A DNA stretch of 55,658 bases from an uncultured Solibacteraceae bacterium (GCA_964520085.1 CAZFOP010000001.1:3015-58672), one strand, 5' to 3'. Counted from the stretch's first letter, positions 9,068-19,124 are shown. Program-made: numbers and translations. The notes: a model not told the origin generated them from the letters alone.

Positions 9068-9473
9068 GCCAAAACTGGCGGCCGCGCACTCTCGACTGGC
9101 GCGTGTCTTTGGGAGCTACCGCCCTTCGCGTCCCGCCCGAGGCGACTTTTGCCACTGCTCCCCGAACTCGTCGCAAACGCGTTTCCCTAAAGGGCAACGG
9201 CACTTTGACTGCCAAACCAAGCGGTCGGGGGAGATTATGTTATACGTTATACACTTAGGGACATTTCTCGCAACGCGACGCGGAAACAAACTGCACATAA
9301 TGGATGATGATTGGGATTTGCTGAAAGTTTCTGACACTCCCTAGCCCCGAAAGATCGCGGGCACCGGAGGCGTGATAACGGGAAAACGGCCAATCTCGTA
9401 TCTGGCAGCGTGGCTCCCTCAACGGTTCTTGCGGAGGCTTATCCGCGCTGCGCCTCGCCTGACGCGATTCTCG

Positions 9474-10664
9474 TCAACGAAGAGCTGTTCGGTAGGCTTC
9501 CAGGAGCCGCTTTTTTTCAGCCTCCCAGTTCATGCCGCCCAAAATGTTTTCCCTACCTTTCCCACCCAGCCGTTGGCGCAGCGACTCGGAATCCAATAGT
9601 GTTCCAACCTTGCTGGCAAAGTCGACGGGGTCGTTTGCCTCAGCGTGGAGCGCGGCTCCATTTGCGGATCGTTTTCCCTCCTCGAGATCATAGAGCACAA
9701 TCGGGAGCCCAAAGGCCATGTACTCAAGTATCTTGATCATAGTCAGCTTGTTATTGAGAACGTTCGACGGATCGGGCGCAACGGCCACATCTGCCGTCGC
9801 GAGGTATGCCCAAAGGTCGTCGCCGTAAAGCGGACCGGCAAACTCGACCCACGGTAGAAGGCCGAGGTCGGCAACCCGCGACCTCAGAGAGGGCACCTCT
9901 GTTCCGAACCCGATCAGCACGAATAGCGTATCTTCACGACCCTGACCATTCACCAAGCAGTCGATAGACTCCAAAAGCAGACCGAGGCCATCTTGAGGCT
10001 CCATGACACCGACGTATACGACAAGATGCCTTCGCCCCCTCTTGAGATGGGGATGCGGCGTAAAAGCCAGATCCTTCAGGTCCGGGCATGTTCGAACAAC
10101 AAAGTTTCGGTCTGCCTTGACCCCACCTCGGAGAAGTGCGATTTGCCGAAACGACTGGTTCGTGGAAATAGCAACATCCGCCGCACGGAATGTGAGCTTC
10201 TCAGCTAGCCGCGCGCACCAGTAGAGCCAACTCTTTCGCGGGAATCTGACTTGGCAGAACTCCGGAGTCAGGTCGTGGTGGTCAAATATGAAACGAACCC
10301 CGAACACCCTGAAAAACAGAGCGATCAAGAAGATTGTGTCAGGCGGATTGCAAGCATGCAGGATTCGGAACCGTGAGCGCTCGTATATTCTCAATGCCAA
10401 AATGAACTCTGCGGCCAAAGCCCAAACGTATTCGATGATATGACCAAGCAGCCCCGGCCACTCCAGGCTGGCATGCCGATAAATCTCAACATCGTTTATT
10501 CTTTCCCGGGAGCGGGTATATCCAAGTCCTTTCGGGCAGATGATCGAAACCGAATATCCCGCGGCGGACAGGGCATTGGCCTCCTGCCAGACGCGCCTGT
10601 CCGGTGGCACGACGAGGTTCTCCACAATGATGCAGACAGCGACGCCCCTCCCCTCGTTGGGCAT
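9474..10664 (-). CDS. Glycosyltransferase family 4 (GT-B fold)
   Basis: ORF 9474..10970. The homologous region begins at ATG 10664: MPNEGRGVAVCIIVENLVVPPDRRVWQEANALSAAGYSVSIICPKG, the typical N-terminus of this GT4 subfamily. The C-terminal part reads VAVAPDPSNVLNNKLTMIKILEYMAFGLPIV. The 306-nt in-frame upstream extension looks non-coding. Confidence 0.85.
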   Translation of the reverse strand: MPNEGRGVAVCIIVENLVVPPDRRVWQEANALSAAGYSVSIICPKGLGYTRSRERINDVEIYRHASLEWPGLLGHIIEYVWALAAEFILALRIYERSRFRILHACNPPDTIFLIALFFRVFGVRFIFDHHDLTPEFCQVRFPRKSWLYWCARLAEKLTFRAADVAISTNQSFRQIALLRGGVKADRNFVVRTCPDLKDLAFTPHPHLKRGRRHLVVYVGVMEPQDGLGLLLESIDCLVNGQGREDTLFVLIGFGTEVPSLRSRVADLGLLPWVEFAGPLYGDDLWAYLATADVAVAPDPSNVLNNKLTMIKILEYMAFGLPIVLYDLEEGKRSANGAALHAEANDPVDFASKVGTLLDSESLRQRLGGKGRENILGGMNWEAEKKRLLEAYRTALR

Positions 10665-11573
10665 GTTTTGCGGTCCCACCCGTTGTATCCTTTCGGCTGT
10701 GTTGAAGGCGTCGGCGCCAACTCGGCCGCTGGCTCTTTCGAACCACTTCAGGAGGCGGCAATCCGACAAGTGCGTGTGCTCGGTACTCGCGCGGCGCCGC
10801 AACTCACGCGACCCGATGTGGAGCACTTGAAGAACGCCTGCAAAGGCGGGATGATCTGGTGAGAATCTCATCGGCAGGGTTGGTCCGGCGAAATGGTCGT
10901 ATCCGCCCTGCAAACCCAACGCTCCCTTCATAGGCTCCAGCGGCATGCTCCTTGATGGCGATGCATCCACCCGACGTCGCGGCGCATCGGGTGGCGGCTA
11001 TGATGACGCGGCACGAAAGAGGAGGCAGACCGGAATAGCCTGCTGAACTGTCTTGCCTTTCTGCGAACCCGCGCCATTCCGCCAATCATCGCATAGTTCA
11101 GTCACAACTCCGCCGAGTTTTCCCAAGCCGCTGTCCTCACAGGCCTTACGCACCTGTGCCCGAGCCCGCTCGTCGCACTCGCACTCTTCCACATGCCATA
11201 CTGAGGTTGGGAAGCAGGCAGTTTGCGCGGGCCGCTTCCGTTTCGTGCACCAGCGGAAAAGTGGGAACGATCGGGCCCGCTCTTGAACATTGGTTTTCGG
11301 CGTTTTCAGTAACTTAACCCTCCACCGTGGGAACGATTGGTCCCACGCGAGGCCAGTAACTGAGACGAGGCAGGAGAGGAATAGGCGAATATGGGGCTGC
11401 CTGATCCGCGGCGTTTTCCTGTATGAATCCTGAGCTAATTGGTTGCGGCTGCTCGCTGCGCGAGTGCGAAGCGAAACGCTCACGAGAATTGGACCACCCA
11501 GGGTCGAGCGTCAACAGCTTGCATGACGGGCTGCTGCGCGAATGTGGTTGGCGTCACTGGACTCAGACGCCGG

Positions 11574-13052
11574 CTAGGCTGAAGCGAGGCTGGCTTCTTC
11601 GGCCGGTGCCGACCTTGTGAATCCGCGAAGCAGACTCAGGTACAGAGACTTTTGCCCGGCGACGAACAACAGTATCCCGGCAAATGCAACCAACAGAACC
11701 GTGCTCTCTAACATAAGACGTGGAATAACGGGCAACCAGTGACCGTAGAATACCCGCACTGCGTACGCTAGTCCGGCAGCGGCGATGCTTGAAGCGAATG
11801 GCCGGCTTCCCGCCAGCAGAATATCGCGCGGGGAAATGGCCGTACCATGCAGTGCCCAGATTACAAGCGGAATCAGCCACGCTGTCATGACCACCGAGTA
11901 GGCAAGCGCGACCCCTTTCGGTCCATAGGGTAATCCCACAAGGTAACCCGCAATCATGATGGGGGCGATCACAAGAGCCATCTTCAAAAGCCGTCCAACC
12001 AACCCGATCGAAGACAGCAGCCATGCTAATGGATTGGCGATCGCGAACACGAGGACCGTCGGAGCGAGCAAGCGAAAGATTGGAGCCGCCGCCATCCACT
12101 TTGGCCCCAGGAGAACGGCAACCACGTCATCGGCGAAGAGAGCACAGGCAAGCGTGATAGGAAGGGTGAGTGCCAGGAGGAGGGAGTAACCCTTCAGGAA
12201 GTAGCTTTTGAGACGAGGGGGATCGTCCTGGAGCCGCGAAAGCGCCGAGAACCCCACCTCGGATGCGGCTGAGTTGAGGTTGTCTGTTGGGATGCTGATG
12301 AGCTGGTAGGCCCTCCCATAGATCCCGATCGCATCGACTCCCCAAAAGCGGCCCAATAGAACTTTTTCGAGGTTACTAGCAACGTATACCACGAGGCCAT
12401 TCAAAGTGAGCGTGGCGCCGAACCGCATCATCGAACGGATACCAACCCGGCGGCGCGGCATCCCCGGAACCCAGCCCGAGGTTAGCCACAATCCAATGGT
12501 GGTGGTGAATGGAAGGCTGACCGTCATCCCAACGAGCGCCCAATACCCGTAGCCGGCCATGGCGCCACCAATTGCAACGGCGGTACCCACAATCAAAGAA
12601 ATGACGCTTATCGCCGCCAGGGCGGTAAAGCGCATCTGACGTTGCAGCAGTACTGAGTGCTGAATCCCTGCGGCGTTGAAAAGAAAGCCAACCGCCAAAA
12701 CAGCCGCCACCGCGAAGAGCCTGGGCTCGTGATAGAAAGCGGCAATGAGCGGTGCCATCGCTGCCGTCACAAGGCCGAGTAGTGCACCAAACGCCACGTT
12801 GATCCAAAACAGCGTTGAGATTTGCTCGTCTGTGACGGTTGCACGCTGAACGGCCGCGGACGACAGCCCGAAGTCACGAAACAGAGTCAAAACTCCAGTG
12901 AAGGCAGTCACCATGCCCACAAGGCCAAAGTCTTTTGGCCCCAGGAGCCGGGCCAATACCATGAGGGATCCCACGCGCAATAGAAAGCTCGCCCCTTGTG
13001 CGCAGAGCCTTGCGAACCCACCACGAATCGTCTTCTCCCTCAAGTCCCGCAT
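11574..13052 (-). CDS. Polysaccharide flippase (Wzx; MOP/PST family)
   Basis: 492 aa with about 12-14 TM helices. The N-terminus MRDLREKTIRGGFARLCAQGASFLLRVGSLMVLARLLGPKDFGLVGMV is characteristic of polysaccharide-biosynthesis (PST) transporters. Confidence 0.85.
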   Translation of the reverse strand: MRDLREKTIRGGFARLCAQGASFLLRVGSLMVLARLLGPKDFGLVGMVTAFTGVLTLFRDFGLSSAAVQRATVTDEQISTLFWINVAFGALLGLVTAAMAPLIAAFYHEPRLFAVAAVLAVGFLFNAAGIQHSVLLQRQMRFTALAAISVISLIVGTAVAIGGAMAGYGYWALVGMTVSLPFTTTIGLWLTSGWVPGMPRRRVGIRSMMRFGATLTLNGLVVYVASNLEKVLLGRFWGVDAIGIYGRAYQLISIPTDNLNSAASEVGFSALSRLQDDPPRLKSYFLKGYSLLLALTLPITLACALFADDVVAVLLGPKWMAAAPIFRLLAPTVLVFAIANPLAWLLSSIGLVGRLLKMALVIAPIMIAGYLVGLPYGPKGVALAYSVVMTAWLIPLVIWALHGTAISPRDILLAGSRPFASSIAAAGLAYAVRVFYGHWLPVIPRLMLESTVLLVAFAGILLFVAGQKSLYLSLLRGFTRSAPAEEASLASA

Positions 13053-13115
13053 CGTGTTCTCAGGCTATTAGAAGCGTCAAGCAGCCCTGCCAGCTTTGGC
13101 GTGTCATCCATCGAC

Positions 13116-13769
13116 TCACAACACCACTTTGCGGCAGTAGAACGCCTCTGCGTAACCGCTGGGGGCGTTGCACTCCATCCCCCGCAGCCGCATGAGGGAG
13201 AGAAAGGTGTCCTCCCCAAACCAGCGCTTGGAGTGTTGGGACTGAAAGGCATCCATGATGTAGCGCGTCTTCCTCTGACAGACCTCTGTCGGGAGGGGTA
13301 CGAACACGCAAGGCTGACCGAGGTCGCCATCGTACTTCGGGATTTCGTATTCCAGAATCAGATGGTCCCGAAAGGTATTCCACGTCAGCTCCGCTATCAG
13401 GCGGTGGTCTTGGTGCGCATCCTTGCGGTTGTGAGTCAGGATGAGGTCCGGGGAGAGGGACTGCTTCAGGCCTTCGAAGACCGCTTTCACTTCGGCGCCT
13501 ACGAACGGCATGAATCCGTCCGGAAAAGTCTTCAGCAGCGGTCCCGCCAGACCTGTTGGGCCAGCGAACATCTCGGCCGCGCACTTCGCTTCTGCCTCAC
13601 GAACTCCAATTGCGCTGAACACCACCCAGTGAAATACACAGCCCGGGTATTGCGCGGCCAAGCTGAGGACGGTTCCCCCGCAGCCAATCTCGATATCGTC
13701 GGAATGGGCACCTAAGCACAGCACCTGCAATGCTTGAGCCGCTCCTTTGCCCAGGTTGAGATGGATCAT
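13116..13769 (-). CDS. PIG-L/LmbE family deacetylase
   Basis: Motifs VLCLGAHSDDIEIGCGGTVL and LILTHNRKDAHQDHRLI (the metal-binding AHPDD / HxDH pattern). There is a 4-nt overlap with upstream rfbF. Confidence 0.85.
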   Translation of the reverse strand: MIHLNLGKGAAQALQVLCLGAHSDDIEIGCGGTVLSLAAQYPGCVFHWVVFSAIGVREAEAKCAAEMFAGPTGLAGPLLKTFPDGFMPFVGAEVKAVFEGLKQSLSPDLILTHNRKDAHQDHRLIAELTWNTFRDHLILEYEIPKYDGDLGQPCVFVPLPTEVCQRKTRYIMDAFQSQHSKRWFGEDTFLSLMRLRGMECNAPSGYAEAFYCRKVVL

Positions 13770-14587
13770 GCGCGAGCCGACATCGCCACTACGTGGTCCG
13801 AAACCTGACTGGAGACTTTATGCCAGACTTTCCAAGGTGCCCGACCCTGATTTAATTCCTCCAAGCACTGCTTATCTTTGAAGGTATCCATGCACTGCCA
13901 GAATCCAGTGTACTTGTACGCCAACAACGCCTGCTTCTCAATCAGCCGCTGAAACGGCTGGCGGACCAGCTCGTCGCCGGGGTGGATGTGCCGAAAGATC
14001 TCGTTGCGCAGCGCGAAGAAGCCGCCGTTAATCCAGATGTCGCTGCGATTCAACGCGGAAATGTTGGTGACGGTTCCCCCGAGTCCGGCACTGACAATGT
14101 CAAAACTCGCAGTGGGCTGTACCAACAGCAGAGAAGCAACGGCCTGGCTCTGCCGGAATACCTCTAGCATGGCCGGAAGTGGGAGGTCACTCAGTCCGTC
14201 ACCATAGTTGGCCAGGAACATCTCTTCGCCCTGCAAATGCGGCTCCACCGCCTTAAGCCGCTCGCCGATGGTGGCGTTGGCTCCGGTCTCTACAAAAGTG
14301 ATCGTCCAGTCGTCGATATCGCGGTTCAAGAAGTGGATCTTCTTTCCCGCTTGCGACCAGACAAAATCGTTGGACGCGGATTCATCGTAGTGCAGGAAAT
14401 AGTCCTTGATGCAGTTACCCTTGTAGCCGAGGCAGATGACGAAGTCCTTGTGCCCAAAGTGGGAGTAGTACTTCATTAGATGCCAGAGAATCGGCCGCGT
14501 CCCGACCTGCACCATCGGCTTTGGGACATCATCCGCGTACCCCCTCAGCCGCATCCCGGCACCGCCACAGAAGAGGACCACTTTCAT
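13766..14587 (-). CDS. rfbF: Glucose-1-phosphate cytidylyltransferase
   Basis: MKVVLFCGGAGMRLRGYADDVPKPMVQVGTRPILWHLMKYYSHFGHKDFVICLGYKGNCIKDYFLHY closely tracks the RfbF N-terminus (G-G-G-RL, KPMV-IG--PILWH-MK-YS). Confidence 0.9.
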   Translation of the reverse strand: MKVVLFCGGAGMRLRGYADDVPKPMVQVGTRPILWHLMKYYSHFGHKDFVICLGYKGNCIKDYFLHYDESASNDFVWSQAGKKIHFLNRDIDDWTITFVETGANATIGERLKAVEPHLQGEEMFLANYGDGLSDLPLPAMLEVFRQSQAVASLLLVQPTASFDIVSAGLGGTVTNISALNRSDIWINGGFFALRNEIFRHIHPGDELVRQPFQRLIEKQALLAYKYTGFWQCMDTFKDKQCLEELNQGRAPWKVWHKVSSQVSDHVVAMSARA

Positions 14588-14611
14588 AGACTCGCCTCCG
14601 TTCTTTTCATT

Positions 14612-15886
14612 TCAATAGACGGCCAACTGCGGAATCGGCACGACAAAGCGGCCACCCCACTCCCTAACATATTGCAGTTGCTGGATGATCTCGTCTTTCA
14701 GGTTCCAGGGCAGGATAATGACGTAGTCCGGCCTGGTCTCTCGAATTCGATCCGGATGATGAATTGGGATATGAGTGCCCGGCAGGAATCGGCCCTGCTT
14801 GTGCTGACTGCGGTCTACTGTATATTCGATGAGGTCTTTCCCAATCCCGCAGTAATGCAGCAGGGTCGCACTCTTACCCGGCGCTCCGTACCCCGCAACC
14901 GATTTGCCCTGCCTTGCAGCAGCGAGCAGAAACTCCACCAGAGCCAGTTTGGTCTCTCGCACTTGACGCGCGAAGCTATCGTAACCCTCTGCCGAAGCCA
15001 GACCGGCCCTTCGCTCTTCTTCGATCAGCGCCTGAACGCTCGGCTCAATGCGGCGTAGATGGCTTTCCGATCGGCAGGCGTAAACACGGAGTGAGCCTCC
15101 GTGAGTCGTGAGCTCTTCCACATCGAACACCTTCAGACCGTGGGCCTCCAGAATGCGGACAGTGGTAATCATCGAGAAGTACGAGAAGTGCTCGTGGTAG
15201 ATTGTGTCGAACTCGTTTCTTTGTATCAGTCGAAGCAAATGAGGAAACTCCAGCGTCAGGACGCCGTCGGGCTTCAGCAGGATTTTGAGCCCTTCCACAA
15301 AATCGTTCAGATCCGGCACCTGCGCCAACACGTTGTTGCCCAGCACCAAGTCGGCGCAGCGGTTTCCATCTGCCAGCTCTTCCGCTAGTTGAGCGCCGAA
15401 GAACCGGACAAGTGTCGGGACTCCCTTCTCGACGGCCACCTTGGCTACATTACCCGCCGGCTCAATGCCTAACACCGGCACCTTGCGCTCAGCGAAGTAC
15501 TGCAGTAGGTAACCGTCGTTGCTGGCCACCTCGACAACGAAGCTTTGGTTGCTTAGGCCAATTCGCGTCATCATCTTGTCGCAGTAGTTCTCCGCATGCT
15601 TCAGCCAGGAATCGGAGTAGGAGGAGAAGTAGGCGTAGTCGCTGAAGATATTCTCAGCGCTCTCATATTGCTCCAGTTGAACCAGGAAACATTGGTCGCA
15701 GACGTAGACATGGAGCGGATAGTAAACTTCCCCTCGGTTGAGCTCCGTGGGCGAAGGGTAAGTCTCACACAGTGGGGACATACCTAAGTCGACAAACGTT
15801 CGCCGCAGGCCGGCGCCGCAGAAGCGGCACAGCTTAGCCGGGGTCTCTTGTTGCTCGGTTTCGGCAGGAAGCGTCATTGTGGCCAT
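14612..15886 (-). CDS. NDP-hexose C-methyltransferase (TylCIII-like; Zn-ribbon + class I SAM MTase + C-terminal C-MT domain)
   Basis: ORF 14612..15952. ATG 15886 avoids overlap with the upstream gene. The four-Cys ribbon is CRFCGAGL...SPLCETY...VCDQCFLVQL. The SAM motif is FVVEVASNDGYLL. The C-terminal part reads GYGAPGKSATLLHYCGI. Confidence 0.85.
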   Translation of the reverse strand: MATMTLPAETEQQETPAKLCRFCGAGLRRTFVDLGMSPLCETYPSPTELNRGEVYYPLHVYVCDQCFLVQLEQYESAENIFSDYAYFSSYSDSWLKHAENYCDKMMTRIGLSNQSFVVEVASNDGYLLQYFAERKVPVLGIEPAGNVAKVAVEKGVPTLVRFFGAQLAEELADGNRCADLVLGNNVLAQVPDLNDFVEGLKILLKPDGVLTLEFPHLLRLIQRNEFDTIYHEHFSYFSMITTVRILEAHGLKVFDVEELTTHGGSLRVYACRSESHLRRIEPSVQALIEEERRAGLASAEGYDSFARQVRETKLALVEFLLAAARQGKSVAGYGAPGKSATLLHYCGIGKDLIEYTVDRSQHKQGRFLPGTHIPIHHPDRIRETRPDYVIILPWNLKDEIIQQLQYVREWGGRFVVPIPQLAVY

Positions 15887-15912
15887 ATGTTCTCGTGGAG
15901 GCTCGAGCGGAA

Positions 15913-16965
15913 TCAGGCAACCGCGGCGGACGTGGCCGGTTGCCGTCTCCACCGCAGCGAGGCGTCCAACCGCCCCATGCTCATCATCTTTTGTATGTGG
16001 TTGATTCTGGTGTAACGGCCAGATTCAAGATCGGAATAGCGCAGCCCTGCCGCTCGATATGCCTCATAGAGCTCCTGCGCTCCTTTGCGGGCCGTCCACT
16101 GTGGACGAAAACTCGGCAACACCCGTCCGATCTTGTCACAATTAATGCGGTAGCAGCGTTTGTCGGGTCCACCGTCGGCAGCATACTCGACGCGGCAGCC
16201 TGGAACGGTTTCGGCAACGATGGCCGCCAAGTCGCGAATGCGGTAGTTCTCCTCGGTCTGGCCGACATTGAACGTCTCGTTGTGCACGGCGTCCAGTGGA
16301 GCCTCCAGCACGCTGAGGATCGCCGCTGTAATGTCCCGAATGTGCACGATGGGGCGCCAAGGCGTCCCATCACTCTTGATGTACACCCTCCCGGTGGTGT
16401 ACGCCCAGGCCACCAAGTCGTTCAAGACCACGTCGAGGCGAAGCCTGGGAGACGCGCCGTAAGCAGTCGCGTTTCTCAAGTACGTTGGGTTAAACCGCTC
16501 GTCTGCCAACCGGGCCAAGTCACGTTCCACTAGGACTTTGGACTCGGCATACGCTGTTACCGGGCTGAGCGGAGCGTTCTCATCGTGGATCGCGTCCCCT
16601 GCCGCACCGTACGTACTGCAGGAAGACGAGAAGACGAAGCGGCGCGCTCCCGCCTCTTTGGCCAACTCGGCTAGCCGAACTGAGGCTCTGTGGTTGATGT
16701 CGAACGTGAGGTCGCCATCGAGGTTGCCTAATGGGTCATTCGACAAGGCAGCCAGATGCACAACCGCATCAAAGCCATCGAGGTCGGATCGCGTCAGATC
16801 GCGCATGTCTTTGCGGATCTCCGGTACTTCCTGGGCCGCTTGGCCGAACTCGCACCCCTCGAACAAGTCGGTGTCCAGGCCAACAACCTCATGGCCGGCG
16901 GACCGCAATAGCGGCCCCGCAACGGCGCCGATGTAGCCTCTGTGCCCAGTCAATAGTAATCTCAT
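15913..16965 (-). CDS. NAD-dependent sugar epimerase/reductase (extended SDR)
   Basis: ORF 15913..16998. ATG 16965 is preceded by GGAGGG. The Rossmann motif is [15 protein letters not shown]. The catalytic region SSCSTYG...YAESK is the epimerase/reductase-type Ser/YxxxK and lacks the TDE of 4,6-dehydratases. Confidence 0.85.
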   Translation of the reverse strand: MRLLLTGHRGYIGAVAGPLLRSAGHEVVGLDTDLFEGCEFGQAAQEVPEIRKDMRDLTRSDLDGFDAVVHLAALSNDPLGNLDGDLTFDINHRASVRLAELAKEAGARRFVFSSSCSTYGAAGDAIHDENAPLSPVTAYAESKVLVERDLARLADERFNPTYLRNATAYGASPRLRLDVVLNDLVAWAYTTGRVYIKSDGTPWRPIVHIRDITAAILSVLEAPLDAVHNETFNVGQTEENYRIRDLAAIVAETVPGCRVEYAADGGPDKRCYRINCDKIGRVLPSFRPQWTARKGAQELYEAYRAAGLRYSDLESGRYTRINHIQKMMSMGRLDASLRWRRQPATSAAVA

Positions 16966-17198
16966 GCCGCACCCTCCTCTGAGCACGCCAAAGTCCATTC
17001 CATTTCAATGCGTTGTGAGACTGATAACACTAGAGTTCCCTGCTGTTACAGTGGTTCGCGGATAACGCAGATCCAAAACCTTGGGATCTTGGCATCAGCT
17101 TTGTCCGTCGCCCCTCATCGATTCGGGGCAGATGGATGCGTGCCAGGCGTCTCAATCAACCGGCGCGGCGGCTCGTCCTGGGGCCATGATCGGGGACA

Positions 17199-18536
17199 CT
17201 ATTCGAGCTTTTCGTCCGTTGGGCCGTCTGGTACGATGGCCAACAGGCCACTCTCAGACAACAACTGCGCCGCATCGCTGATTGCGGAAAACGGAATACC
17301 CGAACGCTCGGCGATATCCAGCAAAGAGTGCTCTCCATCGGAGAGATTCAGCACCCAGAGGCGCGCCGAGACCTCCAGGCCAGGCGACAGACCACCGGTG
17401 GACCGGTAAAGGTCTCGCCGGCCTAGCTGCGGTTCACAGTAAGGGCGCTGGTTACGATATCGGCGGTTGTTCTCGAGTACGTCCAAAATGGCGGCACACA
17501 GTCGAAGCGATCCGGCCAGTTGAAGTGGGTGAATGAACGAGAGGTCGTCGGCTGAGGTGTGATACTCCGGAAAGGTTCCCCAAACACTCCGCATCAAGCA
17601 GCCGACGGGAAGGTTGAATCCGGGCGAGCAGTATTGCCGCTCGTCATAGCCGTACGGAGAGAACTCGACGATTTCGGAAGATTCATTCTGGTGACGGAGA
17701 ACATGCGCTGCGGCTCGGTCCATCTCTGCATTTCCACGCCGGCTCTTCTTATAATGAAATCCGCCAGCGTCTCCGATGCACGTCAGAACGAGCCCATGCC
17801 GGATGCGCCCAACGCCGTCGTGGTTCTGCGCTAGCCAAGTGATGGCTCCTATTGTCCCGGGGATAAACAAGAAGCGGTACGAGTAATGATGACCACAATC
17901 GGAAAGCAACTTTGCTAGAGCGGTTGCCACGGTCAGCCCCGATAGATTGTCGTTCGCCAAAGACGGATGGCAAACATGAGTCGATATCAGGACCTCGTCG
18001 GTAGAGCGGCCAGGCAGGTAGCACTCTCCGTACGTCAGGCTGCCGGCTTCCAGGGTGGAGTCGACGCATACCTCGTACTCGCCGTCTTCGAGAGCCAGCA
18101 TCTGGTTATGCGAAAGGCAAAATCCCCAATCCTCCTTGTAATAGGACGTCCGGTAAGGAATCCACTCCGGATGCTCCGGAATGGTAAACAGATGCGGCTT
18201 GAGTTCACTCAGCGGCATCGTAGCGCGTACCGGAACGCTGTAATTCAGGACATGAAGGTTCCCCTGCTGAAAATTCACAACTCGCGTCCCGTCCGGCGCC
18301 TTTATATAGGCATCCCTAATGTTCCACTCTTTGGGCACGGTCCAGTCGAAGACCTGGGTCCCCGTCGGTACCTCAATGGTGCGCAGCGGGATGCGATCCT
18401 GAATCAAGGCTAGAGTCCGCCGGATTCCGTCTCCGGTGATACTCCGGCAAATCGGGTAAAGCTCCGCCGCAAAGCGGTGCAACTCCTCGCCAAGTGCCGC
18501 CGTATCCCTGCGACCGAGTTCATTTAGCAAGCCCAT
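17199..18536 (-). CDS. Aminopeptidase-like domain protein (COG4310/DUF4910 type) with C-terminal winged-helix
   Basis: ORF 17199..18602 has a TTG start. The ATG at 18536 overlaps the upstream stop by 1 nt (TGATG). The N-terminal region LYPICRSITGDGIRRTLALIQDRIPL...VPTGTQVFDWTVPKEWNI is the signature I recognise for this family in O-antigen/EPS loci. The C-terminal EHSLLDIAERSGIPFSAISDAAQLL is wHTH-like. Confidence 0.8.
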   Translation of the reverse strand: MGLLNELGRRDTAALGEELHRFAAELYPICRSITGDGIRRTLALIQDRIPLRTIEVPTGTQVFDWTVPKEWNIRDAYIKAPDGTRVVNFQQGNLHVLNYSVPVRATMPLSELKPHLFTIPEHPEWIPYRTSYYKEDWGFCLSHNQMLALEDGEYEVCVDSTLEAGSLTYGECYLPGRSTDEVLISTHVCHPSLANDNLSGLTVATALAKLLSDCGHHYSYRFLFIPGTIGAITWLAQNHDGVGRIRHGLVLTCIGDAGGFHYKKSRRGNAEMDRAAAHVLRHQNESSEIVEFSPYGYDERQYCSPGFNLPVGCLMRSVWGTFPEYHTSADDLSFIHPLQLAGSLRLCAAILDVLENNRRYRNQRPYCEPQLGRRDLYRSTGGLSPGLEVSARLWVLNLSDGEHSLLDIAERSGIPFSAISDAAQLLSESGLLAIVPDGPTDEKLE

Positions 18537-19069
18537 CACAATTGTGCGAAATCTGGATAAGTCCGGTCCCGCTCGGAAATCACTTTTACCGTTGCCGGCC
18601 AAGAGATCTGGAATGCCGGATCATTCCAGCGGGCTCCTCGAGCCGCCTCCGGGCTATACACTTCCGACATTTGATAGAAGACCTCGCTCTCATCTTCCAG
18701 GGTCAGAAAGCCGTGCCCGCATCCTTCTGGCACGTAAACCATGTTACGGTTCGCCGACGTGAGGACCACCCCGATCCAGTCTCTGTACGTCGGCGAGTCT
18801 GGGCGAAGATCGACCACGACATCGTAAATCGCCCCCTTAGTGCAGCGCACTAACTTGGCCTCCGCATAAGGCGGCGACTGATAGTGCATGCCTCGAAGGG
18901 TCCCCTCCCGCGCGTTAAAGGAGATACTGCATTGAACCAGCTTGGAATTCAATCCATTCCGCGCAAACTCATCCTGGCACCAGCAGCGCGCAAAGAAGCC
19001 GCGCTCATCGGATCTGCGTTCGAGGTGAATCTCAAAGGTTCCCGGCAGCTTGGTTCCGTGGAATGTCAT
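18536..19069 (-). CDS. NDP-4-keto-6-deoxyhexose 3,5- (or 3-) epimerase, RmlC-like cupin
   Basis: Motifs DERGFFAR, GTLRGMHYQ, KLVRCTKGAIYDVVVDLR, VYVPEGCGHGFLTL, ARWNDPAF. Confidence 0.85.
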   Translation of the reverse strand: MTFHGTKLPGTFEIHLERRSDERGFFARCWCQDEFARNGLNSKLVQCSISFNAREGTLRGMHYQSPPYAEAKLVRCTKGAIYDVVVDLRPDSPTYRDWIGVVLTSANRNMVYVPEGCGHGFLTLEDESEVFYQMSEVYSPEAARGARWNDPAFQISWPATVKVISERDRTYPDFAQL

Positions 19070-19124
19070 TGCCAGAAAAACCCCTTTCCAGCATACCGCC
19101 GAGAATCGCCGGCCGTAGGGATCC

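Noticed and set aside
10665-10970. In-frame 102-codon N-terminal extension of the GT4 ORF (and analogous extensions of ORFs at 3457, 6516, 20333, 26701 and 37127)
   Set aside because: The homologous domains start at internal ATGs that have better RBS and spacing and avoid overlap with upstream genes. The extensions translate to Arg/Ser/Pro-rich sequence unlike the rest of each protein.
10998-11483. 161-aa minus-strand ORF in the 0.9-kb spacer
   Set aside because: Not called as a CDS. The first two thirds are Arg/Ser/Thr-rich and non-protein-like, there is no Shine-Dalgarno before any in-frame start, and I recognise no family. It is kept only as a note under the spacer finding.
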